Source: Marsupella aquatica (lineage: Eukaryota; Plantae; Marchantiophyta). From it: a DNA stretch of 64,000 nucleotides. A model generated the notes under the pieces. The model was not told where the DNA came from. It made no database searches and worked only from the letters and a program-made list of their open reading frames with translations. Both the position numbers and the translations under genes were made by a program. Positions 1 to 11,510 of this stretch are shown in pieces (the first letter of the stretch is position 1; every line of letters starts with the position of its first letter). Location: assembly GCA_973895155.1 (NCBI GenBank), contig OZ316891.1, positions 20,100,169-20,164,168 of the forward strand, read 5' to 3'.

Positions 1-531
1 AGTGAATCCCTTGGCAACAAGCCTTGCCTTGTATATCTTGTCTCCTCCATCTAAAGAGTTGTCCTTCAGCTTGTAAATCCACTTGTTATCCACCACTTGT
101 TGATCACTTGGCAGCTGCACCAGCTTCCATGTTTTGTTGTCACTTAAAGATTGCAACTCCCTCTGCATTGCTGTATTCCATTCATCTTTCTCGTCTGAAA
201 TGCTTGCCTCATGATATGAAGACGGTTCTCCTTCTTCCAAGATCAGTGCTCTATCATCACCATCAGGTGCAATGTCAGCATCATCTAACCTTGATGAATC
301 TGTTCATTGTCCATACCTTGTAGGAGCTCGAGTAGTTCACCTTGATTTTCTAGCTGATGATTCTGACTGATCTTGCTCCGTTGGTTGATTTTGAGGTATT
401 CCAACAACAACTTGCTCTTCTTGTTCCATCATCGGAACCAGCTCCATTATCGGAGCACCTCCTTCAACTATGTCATAAAAACCCTCATGACCAATCTCCC
501 CCTCAACATGGTCTAGGATAGGAGATTTACC
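1..531 (-). mobile_element. Degraded Ty1/copia pol fragment (integrase-RT linker and start of RT), runs off left edge
   Basis: Reverse complement encodes WIYKLK...IYKARLVAKGFT and LILEEGEPS, collinear with 30120-30675 of the copia element downstream; disrupted by stops/indels. Confidence 0.85.
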
Positions 532-1422
532 TTACAAAAGTGTGTATCTCAGTCTACTACAGAAGCAGAATATGTTGCAACAGCAGAAGCAGCAAAGGAA
601 GCAATTTGGTTGGATAAGCTGGTCACTGAGATGGGATTGGAGCATGGAAAAATAGCTCTTCATTGTGACAGCCAAAGTGCGCTTCACCTAGCTATTAACC
701 AGGTTATGGATAGCAGGGTGAAACACATTGACATCAGGTACCATTTTATTAGGCAATCAGTGTCTAATAAAATGTTTGAGCTAGTCAAGATTGATGGAAA
801 GCTCAACCCAGCTGATGCTTTTACCAAAGTGATTCCTTTGGAGAGTTACTCAAGACACCGTGCTACTTTGCAAGTTTTGCATTGGCAGCACAAGTAGAGT
901 AACTTAACAATATGTAATTTTTGTATATGGGTTACTCAATACTGTTATGGCTACGGCTTAATTCTAGTTAACCTTAAATGGTTTTTAGGGGGACACCTAT
1001 GGTTTTAGGTGATTATCTAGAATTTCCCGTTGAGTATCTCATATGGATAGCAGAAATTGCAGTCCCCAAGACTAGAGTCAAGGGGGAGTTTGTTAAGGAT
1101 TGCTCTTAGTCTTGTGACTCAAAGGTTACAGTACTTAGGCTAACCACAGTTAGGATCTTAGCTGAGGTTAGGTTAGTCGTGTATGACCTTGTATATACCA
1201 AGGCTAGTGTAAGCCGCTGGTGTGGTGTGCTTACTCATTGTAACGGAGCAACTTGAGGAAAAGGGAGAGCATGTGTGTTCGTCCACTCTTGAAGTAAAGC
1301 TTGAGTGTTCGTGTGGACGTAACCTTGGAGAAAAGGTGAACCATGTAGAGATTGTGTCGACTATGTGTGCATGGAATGAATCATGGTTGTATGGTCGTTG
1401 CGAATGACGTCTTAGTTCAACA
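532..1422 (+). mobile_element. 3' end of Ty1/copia element: RNase H, polypurine tract and 3' LTR
   Basis: LQKCVSQSTTEAEY...CDSQSALHLA...KHIDIRYHFIR...NPADAFTK to TAG at 897; PPT AAGGGGGAG at ~1080-1088; LTR TGTT...AACA at 1091-1422. Confidence 0.9.
1091..1422 (+). repeat. Copia LTR (~332 bp)
   Basis: Starts TGTTAAGGATTGCTCTTAGTCTTGTGACTC right after the PPT and ends TTCAACA; similar to the LTRs at 13904-14194 and 34354-34697. Confidence 0.85.
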
Positions 1423-2237
1423 AAATTCCATGTCTACATCATTTGAGTTGTGCCTCCATTTATACCCTGCTGATTAAAACTACCAGGTGGGAACCGTGAA
1501 AGTCTAGGGTTCAAATTATACCTTCCAATTTCCAGATTTTGTGCAATAAAGAAACTTAATAACCCTCTTAAGGGTAGGAAACCACGAGGGAACCTAGGTC
1601 CCCACTGAACGGTTTCAAATGAAGAGACTTGCTTGTATTAGTTGTGTTCAACATCACTATTGTTCCAGGGTGGCCAAAAGCATGCAACCATGTGTTAGTT
1701 TATGCATGTCATGCGCAATTTGGGTACATTACCTTCAAGAAGGTAATCCATTAGGGTATACTCTTTAGCTTTCCTGCTAGTTGTTTACATGGTTGTGAAA
1801 AGAAGTATTCAATGCTTGCCAAGTGGTCTTAAAGTACACATAAGATTAAAAAACACATGCTCCTGTGGTGTAACAGCTTTTTGCTTTAACTTGTGTGAGT
1901 TCACCCTGGTGTCACTCTCTAATTAGTTAATTTGACCCAAAAAGCCAAACACAAACTGTGAGGTAGTGATGCAAGGAACCAGTCAGTCCTTTGGAGACAG
2001 AGTGATTCCACTTCCATGATGCACCACTCTCTTTCAACTCAATTCAAGGTAACCCTTGGTCTTTCAAAAACAATTGAAAAATGACAATTGGGCATACTCA
2101 AACTAATACAATTGTCTTCGTAAACCACACCTGAGCATATAACAGGGCCCCCTTTCCTGCCTGGTTACTGTTCATTCATGCCACAAGCAAACTAAAAAAG
2201 GAGTTGAGCTTCCTATAAAAGGTATGATGGACCTCGT

Positions 2238-2463
2238 ACTCCTGCCCATCCCTCCATGAATGTGATTGTGTCCAATGAGAGCTACATTGTGCAAAGTGAG
2301 ATTTACAGGTTACTTGTAGCTCTTGTACATGAAGCTGTGATTAACTCCTGCCCATCTCTCCATGAATGTGATTGTGTTGAATGAGGTTGAATGAGAGTTA
2401 CATTGTGCAGAATGAGATGTACAGGTTACCCATAGCTCTTCATCCATGAAACTGTGGTTTTAA
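2238..2463. repeat. Imperfect tandem duplication (~105-118 bp x2)
   Basis: ACTCCTGCCCATC(C/T)CTCCATGAATGTGATTGTGT...TACAGGTTAC...CATGAA occurs twice back to back. Confidence 0.75.
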
Positions 2464-2641
2464 CACATCTATTAGTCGTTTAATTTTGTTCTGCCTTCAT
2501 GAGTGATCCCTTTCATCGCGTTGAGCTTTACTTTGAATTGTAAAAATATTAGGCCGACCATATGCCCCAGTATTAGGGTTTACGAATGCCACGATTATAT
2601 GGAACCCTCACACCCGAACGCCCAACAAAATTAGTTTGTCA

Positions 2642-4032
2642 TCATCGTGTGAAGACATTGGTGTTGAGGAACTCATTCCTGAACTTTCCTCGAGGGTCGA
2701 GCTTCGCAGCCAGGGCGATGAAGTCGTCTAATCTCTCGTACTTGGACTGGACTATGGCAGCCGACATGCAGAAGAGCTTGCCCCAATGCGGGCGAGGGTC
2801 GAACGGAGCGAGCGCGCTCTCGATCATGGGAAGCACTCTCTCCACCGCCTTCCAGTCCTGAGTCCAAGAGAAGTGGAGCGCCATGGAGTCGCGGCCATAG
2901 GCCATGCTCATCCACAAATCGTCCCGTGCTATGGTGCGGACCTCGGACACGAGGAGCAATGGCGTGATATGGTCTCGCAAGCTCTCGACTGCCAAGATCG
3001 CTGCCACGGCGTGATGCCGCGGCACGAAGTACTCCGACTGCAGCTCCGTGCCGACGGCGAGGAGGTTGCCCACGCGGAAGTGAGGCAGGATTTGGTACCA
3101 TGGCCTTGTGACTCCCATTTGCTCCGTGGAATGGTTTGGCGGCTCTCCGCGGTATAGATGTAGGTCCTCCGTCTGAAGCTTTGCTCCGAAGAGCTCTTGT
3201 GGAGGAGGCGAGGCTTTAGGGAAAGCGTGGCCTCCGTTGTGGCTGTTTTCTTCGTCTGCATCGACGTTGTTACCATCGAGGTGCTTCACCTTGATCCACA
3301 TTTGGTGGAATCTCGCGTCCTGCCAGTCCGTGAAGAGGCTGACGGTGTACCCGCTTCCCATGATGGCCTCGAAGTGGTCCTGCACCTGAGCGATGGGAAG
3401 GTTTTCGTAGACGTACTGCCGCATTGTGAAGGTCGGCTCGATGTCCAGCGTGAGCCGAGTGATGACGCCAAGAGCTCCGAGGCCGACCACGGCGCCGGAG
3501 AAGGAGTCGCTGTCGGATTGGCGAGAGAGCTTGACGATGTCGCCATTGCTGGTCACCATTTCCAAAGCGCAGACGGCGGTGGGAGGTTGCGGTTCTGAGT
3601 TCCTGATCCGTGCGCGGCCGTGCTGATTCCGCCGGCAATGCAGATCTCTGTGAGCGAGGGGAGGTTGTGGATCGCGAAGCCCTTGCTCTCGAGGTAGGGG
3701 CAGAGCTGGTCGTACCTGATGCCTGCGTCTACTTCGACGGTGCGGGCTGATGGGTCCAGCTCCAGTACTCCATGCAAGTGCCTGAGCGAGAGCCGATTTT
3801 GGAGATTGTCCGCAAGGAAATTGAATGTGTGGCCCGTGCCGAACACTGTCACCTTCTCTAGATCCTGCGACTGCATCAAGGCTCGAATCTCCTCAATTGA
3901 CTTGACTTCGTGGATGACATTTGTGCTGTAAATGATATTTGTCGCCCAATTCGTCTGGACCTTCGGATTTGCCTTTTCCCCGTCTGAAACTACGGGAACG
4001 ATGTCCATTTCCATGTTGGTGACCACGACCAT
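2642..4032 (-). pseudogene. Frameshifted paralog of the FAD-linked alditol/xylitol oxidase-like gene
   Basis: ORFs 3553-4032 and 2642-3565 are the two halves of the 463-aa protein at 9536-10927. One C is missing near 3582 (GGTGG-GAGG vs GGTGGCGAGG); span 1391 vs 1392 bp. No other lesion seen, so an assembly error is possible. Confidence 0.85.
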
Positions 4033-4239
4033 CTTGACTAACTTGATGTTACCTCCTTGTACTACGTGATTTCAGATTCCAACTCTTTCTAGAGCAGACT
4101 GAAGCAAAACAGATCTCTGCGACTGACTATTGGAAAACAGAGCCAAATTGACTTGAAAATGCCTCCTCAACAAGAAGACAATCATGAAGCTCCCGTGGAC
4201 TCAGTCGTGTGTCCCTCCCAACTGAATACTTGAGTCCGC

Positions 4240-4520
4240 TCCTGGCTCCTAGCTATGGTGGTGAAGTCTGGAAGGTGGATTCTCTGAGTGCTTAAGAGCC
4301 CAAAGGAATCCCTATCACCAGCTCTGCCTTTAGCTATTGTGGTGAAGGTGGGAAGCTAGATGGGTCCGAGCGCGATTTGATCCATCCGCCTCTCCCTTAG
4401 CTACTGTCTTGAAGTTGGGAAGCTGGGTGAATGCTCGTCATGAATGGAGAGCCCATTGAATCCTCACCATTCTTCTCTGATTGAGCGATGGAGGTGAAGT
4501 CAGGAAGCTGGGTCCTCGTC
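4240..4520. repeat. Degenerate ~70-85 bp tandem repeats (about 4) upstream of oxidase copy 1
   Basis: Recurring AGCTA...GGTGAAGT.(T/G)GGAAGCT...GAGCCCA.T.GAATCC; homologous array at ~11205-11510. Confidence 0.65.
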
Positions 4521-5784
4521 AAAGCTTGAGAGTTGGGCCAGGCAGGGCTAGAACGGGCTTAGGGAGGCAGTAGTCTGCAGGGGCCGGTGGAATGAAGTGG
4601 ATTTTATAATGAAAAAATTCCGTCAGGGCCTAGAGTACCTTTCCGACAAGCTTGTGAAGAGTCATGATCTCTGAAGCAGTGGAGAAAGCCAACAGAACAC
4701 ATTAATGGCTTTCGATCTCACCCTGATTGGTCTCAAAGCAACGTTCCATTGAGGTGGGAACTTCACATATTATAAGGGAGACACGGCCCTACTGTGCAAC
4801 GAAGAAGATTTAGGATTGTGTAATGAAAAGCTGCCAAGCACCTGGGTAGCTCCCCCGCCATCGCCAAAAACTATTCGGCACGATTGTATACTCGAGTGTG
4901 ACGAAGGAAATATTACTACGATTGACCCTGAAGCATAGAAGTAGCTTGGACATCTGTCCATCTCGAGTGCATTATGTCCCACTAACTTGGGAAGGGTGTT
5001 TCATCAGTGTTATCTCCGTCAGTCTCGTGCGAGCCTCGATGCCAAAATGTTGTTAGACCCCAAAAAGGTTGGAAGAAGGCCTCGGCACGAGTCTCGGTCT
5101 ACTTTAGATCCTGGCAAAGGAAAACAAATCTAATAAGAGATGTTGCACAGCAGCCAGCCAAACTACCAATCACCTCTGACATAAGCCAGATCTCATTGAG
5201 CTTCGGGTACAGTATCTTTTCAATGGTTCTCTGAGTTCTCTTCTATGGCAACCGTCCGCATAGACATTATTGCTGTACAACAAAAGTACATGATTCTGTA
5301 GCATCTGATATCTTGCACCGTAAGAAATTGATCTTCGTATGAATCGGAACTTTTGACTTGGATCACAACACCGGTCTTGCTTTTGACACAAATGGTCCAC
5401 AACATTTGACCTGGGGACTTGGATGCACCAATCACGTTTGTCCACCTGAAAAGTGGATATCGTTTAAAAAATGGGAGTGTGCCGTCTGGTACTGAGGACA
5501 CGACTTATCACCTTTTTGTTCCATTCGAGCAGAGTGTAGCCAATCTACTTTGGAGAAATCTACTTAGTAGCATGGACCTGTGTAGGGTTAATTCCCTTGG
5601 TAATTGACCAATCACTTTTTGACACTTGAAAGGTAGACATTTATTAATGCAGATGGAAGGGTATTGTTTGAGTAGAAAGAAATGTTTTTGACGAAGCATT
5701 TTCTGCCACTCAAGTCTCCACCAACTACAAGGCAGGGTCAGTAAGAAAATTCTCAAATTTCTGTAGTGTCTTGGGCTATACCCA

Positions 5785-7430
5785 AACCGACACGTCCATA
5801 ATATCAAGAGATTCCCTTCAGTATGGAATCCATGAAATGTACATATTTGGTCCGTCAAGGGCGTTCCAATGGATGGGCTATAGAACTGCTAAGGTTGATA
5901 TCAATCAATTAAATAATAGCATATTTTTACGAACGTTAGGTTGCGACTATTGGATTTCAGCCAGATACTCTAGCACACCACAATTGTGGTATCATAGAAC
6001 AGTAACAGTATTGCCTCCTGCTCAGACGAGCCCTCCAGTCTTTCTTCTGAGTCTCTCTCCAGCAAGACAAAACAATAGAGTGATTTGCATGCAGATTTTA
6101 ATCTCATATGGACAAATACTGAAGTATATTGTAGGTCGTCCACGTACGCTTCGTTGATTCGCATGAGCGTATCCAATCCTTCTGCTACTTTCCCAAATAC
6201 CTAGTCATGAACACGATAATTTTCAAGGAGTGGTCAACACAAAGATTCACATCAAACTGACTTACGCTGCGATAAAAGTGGCAATATGGCAGCTCAAACA
6301 ATGAAACTGGTATACAGATGATCAGACGAAAGATCAAAGGGCCATTTCAAGAATTCACCGAAAATATCATTGGGGGGATCACAAGCTATTCCCCAAACTA
6401 TCAGCACAAATCTGCGTGTTATTGAAGACCCAAAGCGGATGACCGAGAGGTGACTTGAGTTAATGCGCCGTGTCACCCAGCACCACACAAATCGGCTTAT
6501 TGTAGACCCAAAGGGCATGACAGGGAGGTGACTTGAGTTGTTGCCCATGCCACCCAGCTGGCACTACTACTGTATGTGAGTGATCACATATGAGAAACAA
6601 ACTGATGACATGGCCGGTTGAGGTGGGGAGCTGAATAATGTGTGTTCCGTCCAGGTAGTCTAGCCCAGATCGCAAAGTGTATAAAATACAGGAAGTCACT
6701 CTGCACAAGTTAATCCACTTCTCAGTAGTTACCAACCATCAGAAAGTTGACTCAACCCAAAATGATTACCAGGAACGTACTCATGACATGCTTACATTTA
6801 GGTAACGTGAGAACACCTGGGCCATGAGTCAATTGATACAAAACTAGTTATCTTGCCATGAAAACCTCGGAAGCAGTTCTCTCCCGCATTGGCCATAGCA
6901 ACTGTACCAATCTTGTCATATGTCAATTTAGGATTCCATCTGAACAGAAAGTATAAGAAAATGGTTAAGACACACTTCCAACATCGACGATGCAAAGTTG
7001 CACGGATCAACAGGTCTTTTAAAGGGATGTCGGACACCCTGTAACCTGACAAACTGCCTCAGAAGGAACGAAGCAAAAAGTTGTTAAGAGGCAGGCGCAT
7101 GACAACCAGCAAGCAATAGACTGTATATGCCGGGACGACAGAAGAACCCCAAAGCTCACAAAATTCACAATTGAGCTCACAGTAACAGGGAGCCCCAGCA
7201 GCCAGGTTTGGTGCGTCTGTAATCAAACTAGCCCAATCAATCTGCGAGCTTCGAAAAACCAAGGTCTCCCATGCGTGAAGTCTGTCGCACGAAGAATTTA
7301 CTGCTGAGGAATGTACTTCAACAGATTTGAGGTATTTCAACAGAGTTGACATTCAATTTGGAGATACTTGGAGACAATGGCTTAGAAGACCCACTTGCGA
7401 AAGTTTGTGATTAACAAAACCCAAGCTTTC
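5785..7430 (-). pseudogene. Decayed partial duplicate of the CYP59 gene (parts of exons 3-5 plus intron sequence)
   Basis: Collinear with ~19170-21060; retains [22 protein letters not shown] (~6135-6200), TLRSGLDYLDGTH (~6640-6690) and [14 protein letters not shown] (~6875-6940); internal deletions; no exon 1/2, RRM or Zn-knuckle exons seen. Confidence 0.85.
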
Positions 7431-9535
7431 ACAATAGACCCCCAGTTATTGTTTTTCCTTTTTCCATGACAGGTGACATTGCACCAAATGTATTCAAGAA
7501 CACCCGCGGCGAAAGCGATCAAAGACTACGAAAACACAATTAATCTGGGAAAAACAGGGACCCCCAGCAGAGAGGTTTGGTACGTAAGTAAGCACCTGAG
7601 TGCTTAGAAAAACAAGGTCTCTCATTTCAAGAAATTCTCAGCTACCATACGTGAAGTCTATCGCACGAGTATTTTCCTGAGAGTAAAATATTTTAACATG
7701 GTGACATTCAATTTGAAGTTACTACGAGACAGTGGCTTATTAGAAGACCCCACTTGGGAAAGCTTTTTATGCCAAGTACTTCTCATGTATAGTGGCTACA
7801 ACCTGGAAGTACTCTACGTAGTAGCATATAACATGTAGCCAGCAGATGTACCTTGTACCTGCTCTTGTAAGAACAAGTTTAGCCCTTGGGCATCCCCTTT
7901 CACTCAATCTGAAGGTGTCAAAAACTAGTCTTGTCCCCCACTTTTTCAAAGTTAGCAAACAGATCATGGGGGATTTTGGGGGGAACCCCTTATTATAGTG
8001 GTTGATGACAACATTCTATCATGTAGTGCATACAAGGCATATGGTAGTCACCAGATTCTGTAAAAAGGAGCCAAAGTCATTATGAGCAACCCATCTCAAG
8101 AGTGGGCTATTCTCTACAATAGAACCCCTTGTGGTGTCAACCATGTCATATTTACAATGGGCAATACTGAACAGTGATGAGAACCCGTGTCAATAGTGAT
8201 CACTTCGTTTCAAGAGCACATAGTACTACCATCAACGACGTCAATCAACTATCCTCATTTAGGGAACTCATTGGTGTAGAGGAACTCAATCCAGAATTCT
8301 GTCAAGGGTCATGCTTTGCAGCCAGTTTGATGTCCCCAGTCTACCTCTCATTCTTGGTCTGCAAAAGGATTACACTTCAACTTAACCATGCAAATTCCTG
8401 CCATGACTTTTGTATGGAACAAAGGTGACTGGTGGGTAACCATTCCTCTCCAATGTTGCTAATCTCATAATCTCGTGCCCAGGAATTTATAGCCAGATAT
8501 ACTTTTCCCGGACAAACATTACTACATACAAAAGCGATGTCTGGGCAGGGGTTTTAGTCTATTACCTCATGTCCAGAATGTGAGAAGAAGCTGACCGGCA
8601 GTAGGGTTACACCCCAGTAACCCCCGCCCAGACCTGGGTTATCCTATACATAAAAGTGCCTCCATCAAGTGTTGTGTCACCTCATCTCATGGGTTGACTG
8701 CCTCCTAAGAACTATAACTTCAATGTACTAGACAGTCCGGTCCCAAGATTGTGGAGCTTTGGAACAGTCTGAGGTCATAATAAAGTCCACACTTCATTTT
8801 CCTCAAGGGATCATACCGTTTGAATGTTGTGGTCTGCTTTCAAACCTTCACTTGTGTCTCCCTCTTGAATTCAAATTGTTCCTCAGGAACTGACATCCTG
8901 AGACTCCAGATAACAGTCTGAAGGGCAGTTTCCTCATGAGCCCGCACCTGGAATTTGCTGAGATTGCAGTAGCCATGCATGTTGTGGTCAGGTTCAAAAC
9001 ATCCATCTCTTGTGTCACTATCAGGGACATCAAACTGCAACCTCTTGCACACCAGTACACAACTACTTAGTATTCCAAATGCCAGGAATATGGTCACATC
9101 CTACAACTTGACTTTGGGGGCAATGTCATCATTCTGCCTCTATGTAACAAAGTGTGACCCAAAGTTGAGATAAGGGTCTACTCTCTACTACTGTAGAGAG
9201 TGAAGTCTTTAAACCATGACTTTGGGTGCACTAGAGTGAAGCCTCTAGAAGGTGACTTAGAGGGCACAACTACCATTTGGAGTGGAACCGGGAAGAGGCA
9301 CATGGTACTCACCATCTACTTATGAGCGAAGCTCCGGCATTCAGGCTAGTAGCAGTGCAATCTAGCCATTGCCTAAAACTATGCTGAAGCTTGAGCTGAA
9401 CCAGAGCAGCTAACTTTGGGGGTGGGGCCAATGCTATCACTCTCCACAACGCCCTTGACAAAGAACTACACTAGCAAATGTCATCATTACATGGGACCTT
9501 AAACCCTAGACCCCCAAGTTCAACAAAAACCCTCG

Positions 9536-10927
9536 TCATCGAGTGAAGACATTGGTGTTGAGGAACGAGTTCTTGAACTTTCCTCGAGGGTCGAGCTTCG
9601 CAGCCAGGGCGATGAAATCGTCTAATCTCTCGTACTTGGACTGGACTATGGCAGGCGACATGGCGAAGAGCTTGCCCCAATGCGGGCGAGGGTCGAACGG
9701 AGCGAGCGCACTCTCGACCACGGGAAGCACTCTCTCCACCGCCTGCCAATCCGGAATCCAGAGGAAGTGGATCGAGACGGAATCGCGGCCATAGCTCATG
9801 CTCATCCACAAATCATCCTCTGCAATGGTGCGGATCTCGGACTCGAAGAGCAATGGCGAGATCTGGTCTCGCAAGCTGTCGACCGCCAAGATCGCGGCTA
9901 CGGCGTGGTGCCGCGGCACGAAGTACTCCGACTGCAGCTCGGCCCCGATGCTCGGGAGGAAGCCCGCGCGGAGGTGAGGCAGGATTTGGTACGATGGCCC
10001 TGGGACTCCCATCTGCTCCGTGCAATTCTCTGGCGGCAGGCCGCGGTATAGATTTACGTTCTCCGTCTGGAGCGTTGCTCCGAAAAACTGTTGCGGAGGA
10101 GGCAGAGCTGTAGGGAAAGCGTGGCCTCCGTCGTGGCTGTTTTCTTTATCTGCGACAGCGTTGTTGTCGTCGTGGAGCTTGACCTTGATCCACATTTGGT
10201 AGAAGCTCGCGTCCTGCCAGTTCGTGAAGAGGCTGACGGTGTACCCGCTTCCCATGATGGCCTCGAAGTGGTGCTGCACCTGAGCGAGGGGGAGGTTTTC
10301 GTAGACGTACTGCCGCATTGTGAAGGCCGGCTCGATGTCCAGCGTGAGCCGAGTGATGACGCCGAGAGCTCCGAGCCCGACCACGGCGCCGGAGAAGGAG
10401 TCGCTGTCGGATTGGCGAGAGAGCTTGACGATGTCGCCATTGCCGGTCACCATTTCCAAAGCGCAGACGGCGGTGGCGAGGCTGCGGTTCTGAATTCCCG
10501 ATCCGTGCGCGGCCGTGCTGATTGCGCCGGCGATGCAGAGGTCTGTGAGCGAGGCGAGGTTGTGGAGCGCGAAGCCCTTGCTCTCGAGGTAGGGGCAGAG
10601 CTGGTCGTACCTGATGCCTGCGTCTACTTCGACTGTGCGGGCTGATGGGTCCAGTTTCGGTACTCCATTCAAGTGCCTGAGCGAGAGCCGATTGTGGAGA
10701 TTATCTGCAATGAAGTTGAATGAGTGGCCTGTGCCCACCATTGTCACCTTCTCTAGATCCTGCGACTGCAGTAGGGCTTGAATCTCCTCGATTGACTTGA
10801 CTTCGTGGATGACATTCGTGCTGTAAACAATATTTGTCGCCCAATTCGTCAGGACCTTCTGGTTTTCCTCCTTCCCGTCTGAAACAACGGGAACGATGTC
10901 CAGTTCCATGTTGGTGACCACGACCAT
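9536..10927 (-). CDS. FAD-linked oxidase (VAO/ALO family), alditol/xylitol oxidase-like, 463 aa, intronless
   Basis: TNWA start of domain, GTGHSFN (flavinylated His motif), NLASL...AGAISTAAHGSG, GLGALGVIT, CTEQMGVPGP, ELQSEYFV, SEIRT and DPRPHWGK...LDPRGKF; motif order as in actinobacterial AldO/XyoA. Visibly GC-richer than the flanks. Confidence 0.9.
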   Translation of the reverse strand: MVVVTNMELDIVPVVSDGKEENQKVLTNWATNIVYSTNVIHEVKSIEEIQALLQSQDLEKVTMVGTGHSFNFIADNLHNRLSLRHLNGVPKLDPSARTVEVDAGIRYDQLCPYLESKGFALHNLASLTDLCIAGAISTAAHGSGIQNRSLATAVCALEMVTGNGDIVKLSRQSDSDSFSGAVVGLGALGVITRLTLDIEPAFTMRQYVYENLPLAQVQHHFEAIMGSGYTVSLFTNWQDASFYQMWIKVKLHDDNNAVADKENSHDGGHAFPTALPPPQQFFGATLQTENVNLYRGLPPENCTEQMGVPGPSYQILPHLRAGFLPSIGAELQSEYFVPRHHAVAAILAVDSLRDQISPLLFESEIRTIAEDDLWMSMSYGRDSVSIHFLWIPDWQAVERVLPVVESALAPFDPRPHWGKLFAMSPAIVQSKYERLDDFIALAAKLDPRGKFKNSFLNTNVFTR

Positions 10928-11204
10928 CTTGACTAACTTGATGCTACCCCTTCGTACTAAATGATTTCAGATTCTGACTATTTCTAGAGCAAACCAACTC
11001 TGCCACTGCCAATTGGAATCAGAGCCAAATTGACTTGAGAATGCCTTCTAAACAGGGACACAATCATGAAGCTCCCGTCCGATGCCAATTGGAAATCAGA
11101 GCCAATTGACTTTAAAATGCCTTCTAACCATGGACACAATCATGAAGCTCGTGTGGACTCAGTCGTTGTGTCCCTAGACTCCGAGCTGAATGCTTGCTTC
11201 CGCT

Positions 11205-11510
11205 TCTGGCGTAGCTATGGTGGTGAAGTCTGGAAGCTGGATTCTCTGAATGCTTACGAGCCCAATTGAGTCCCTATCTCCGCCTCTGCCTTTGGTAAAG
11301 TTGGGACGCTAGCTCGGTCCGGTACTCATGAAGGCTCAAGAGCCCAATTGAATCTCAAGAGCCCAATTGAATCCCCAAATACCCCTCGACCTTAGCTAGT
11401 GTGCTGAAGTTGGCAAGCTAGCTGGGTCCTCATGACTGCACAAGAGCCCAATTGAATCCTCACCATGCGCCTCTGATTGAGCGATGGACGTGAAGTTATA
11501 GAACTGTGCC
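11205..11510. repeat. Degenerate ~80 bp tandem repeats upstream of oxidase copy 2
   Basis: Repeated GAGCCCAATTGA(A/G)TCC and TGAAGT..GGAAGCT blocks; homologous to 4240-4520. Confidence 0.65.

Noticed and set aside
2586-3638. Many overlapping ORFs within the oxidase genes (also 9471-10645)
   Set aside because: Shadow frames caused by high GC content.
7770-9460. Possible transposase or gypsy gag remnants
   Set aside because: No diagnostic motif could be confirmed by eye.
9536-10927. Oxidase as bacterial contamination, or as plant GLDH/GULLO
   Set aside because: It is co-duplicated with host CYP59 sequence; it lacks a transit/signal peptide and its motifs fit AldO better. Phylogeny is still needed.
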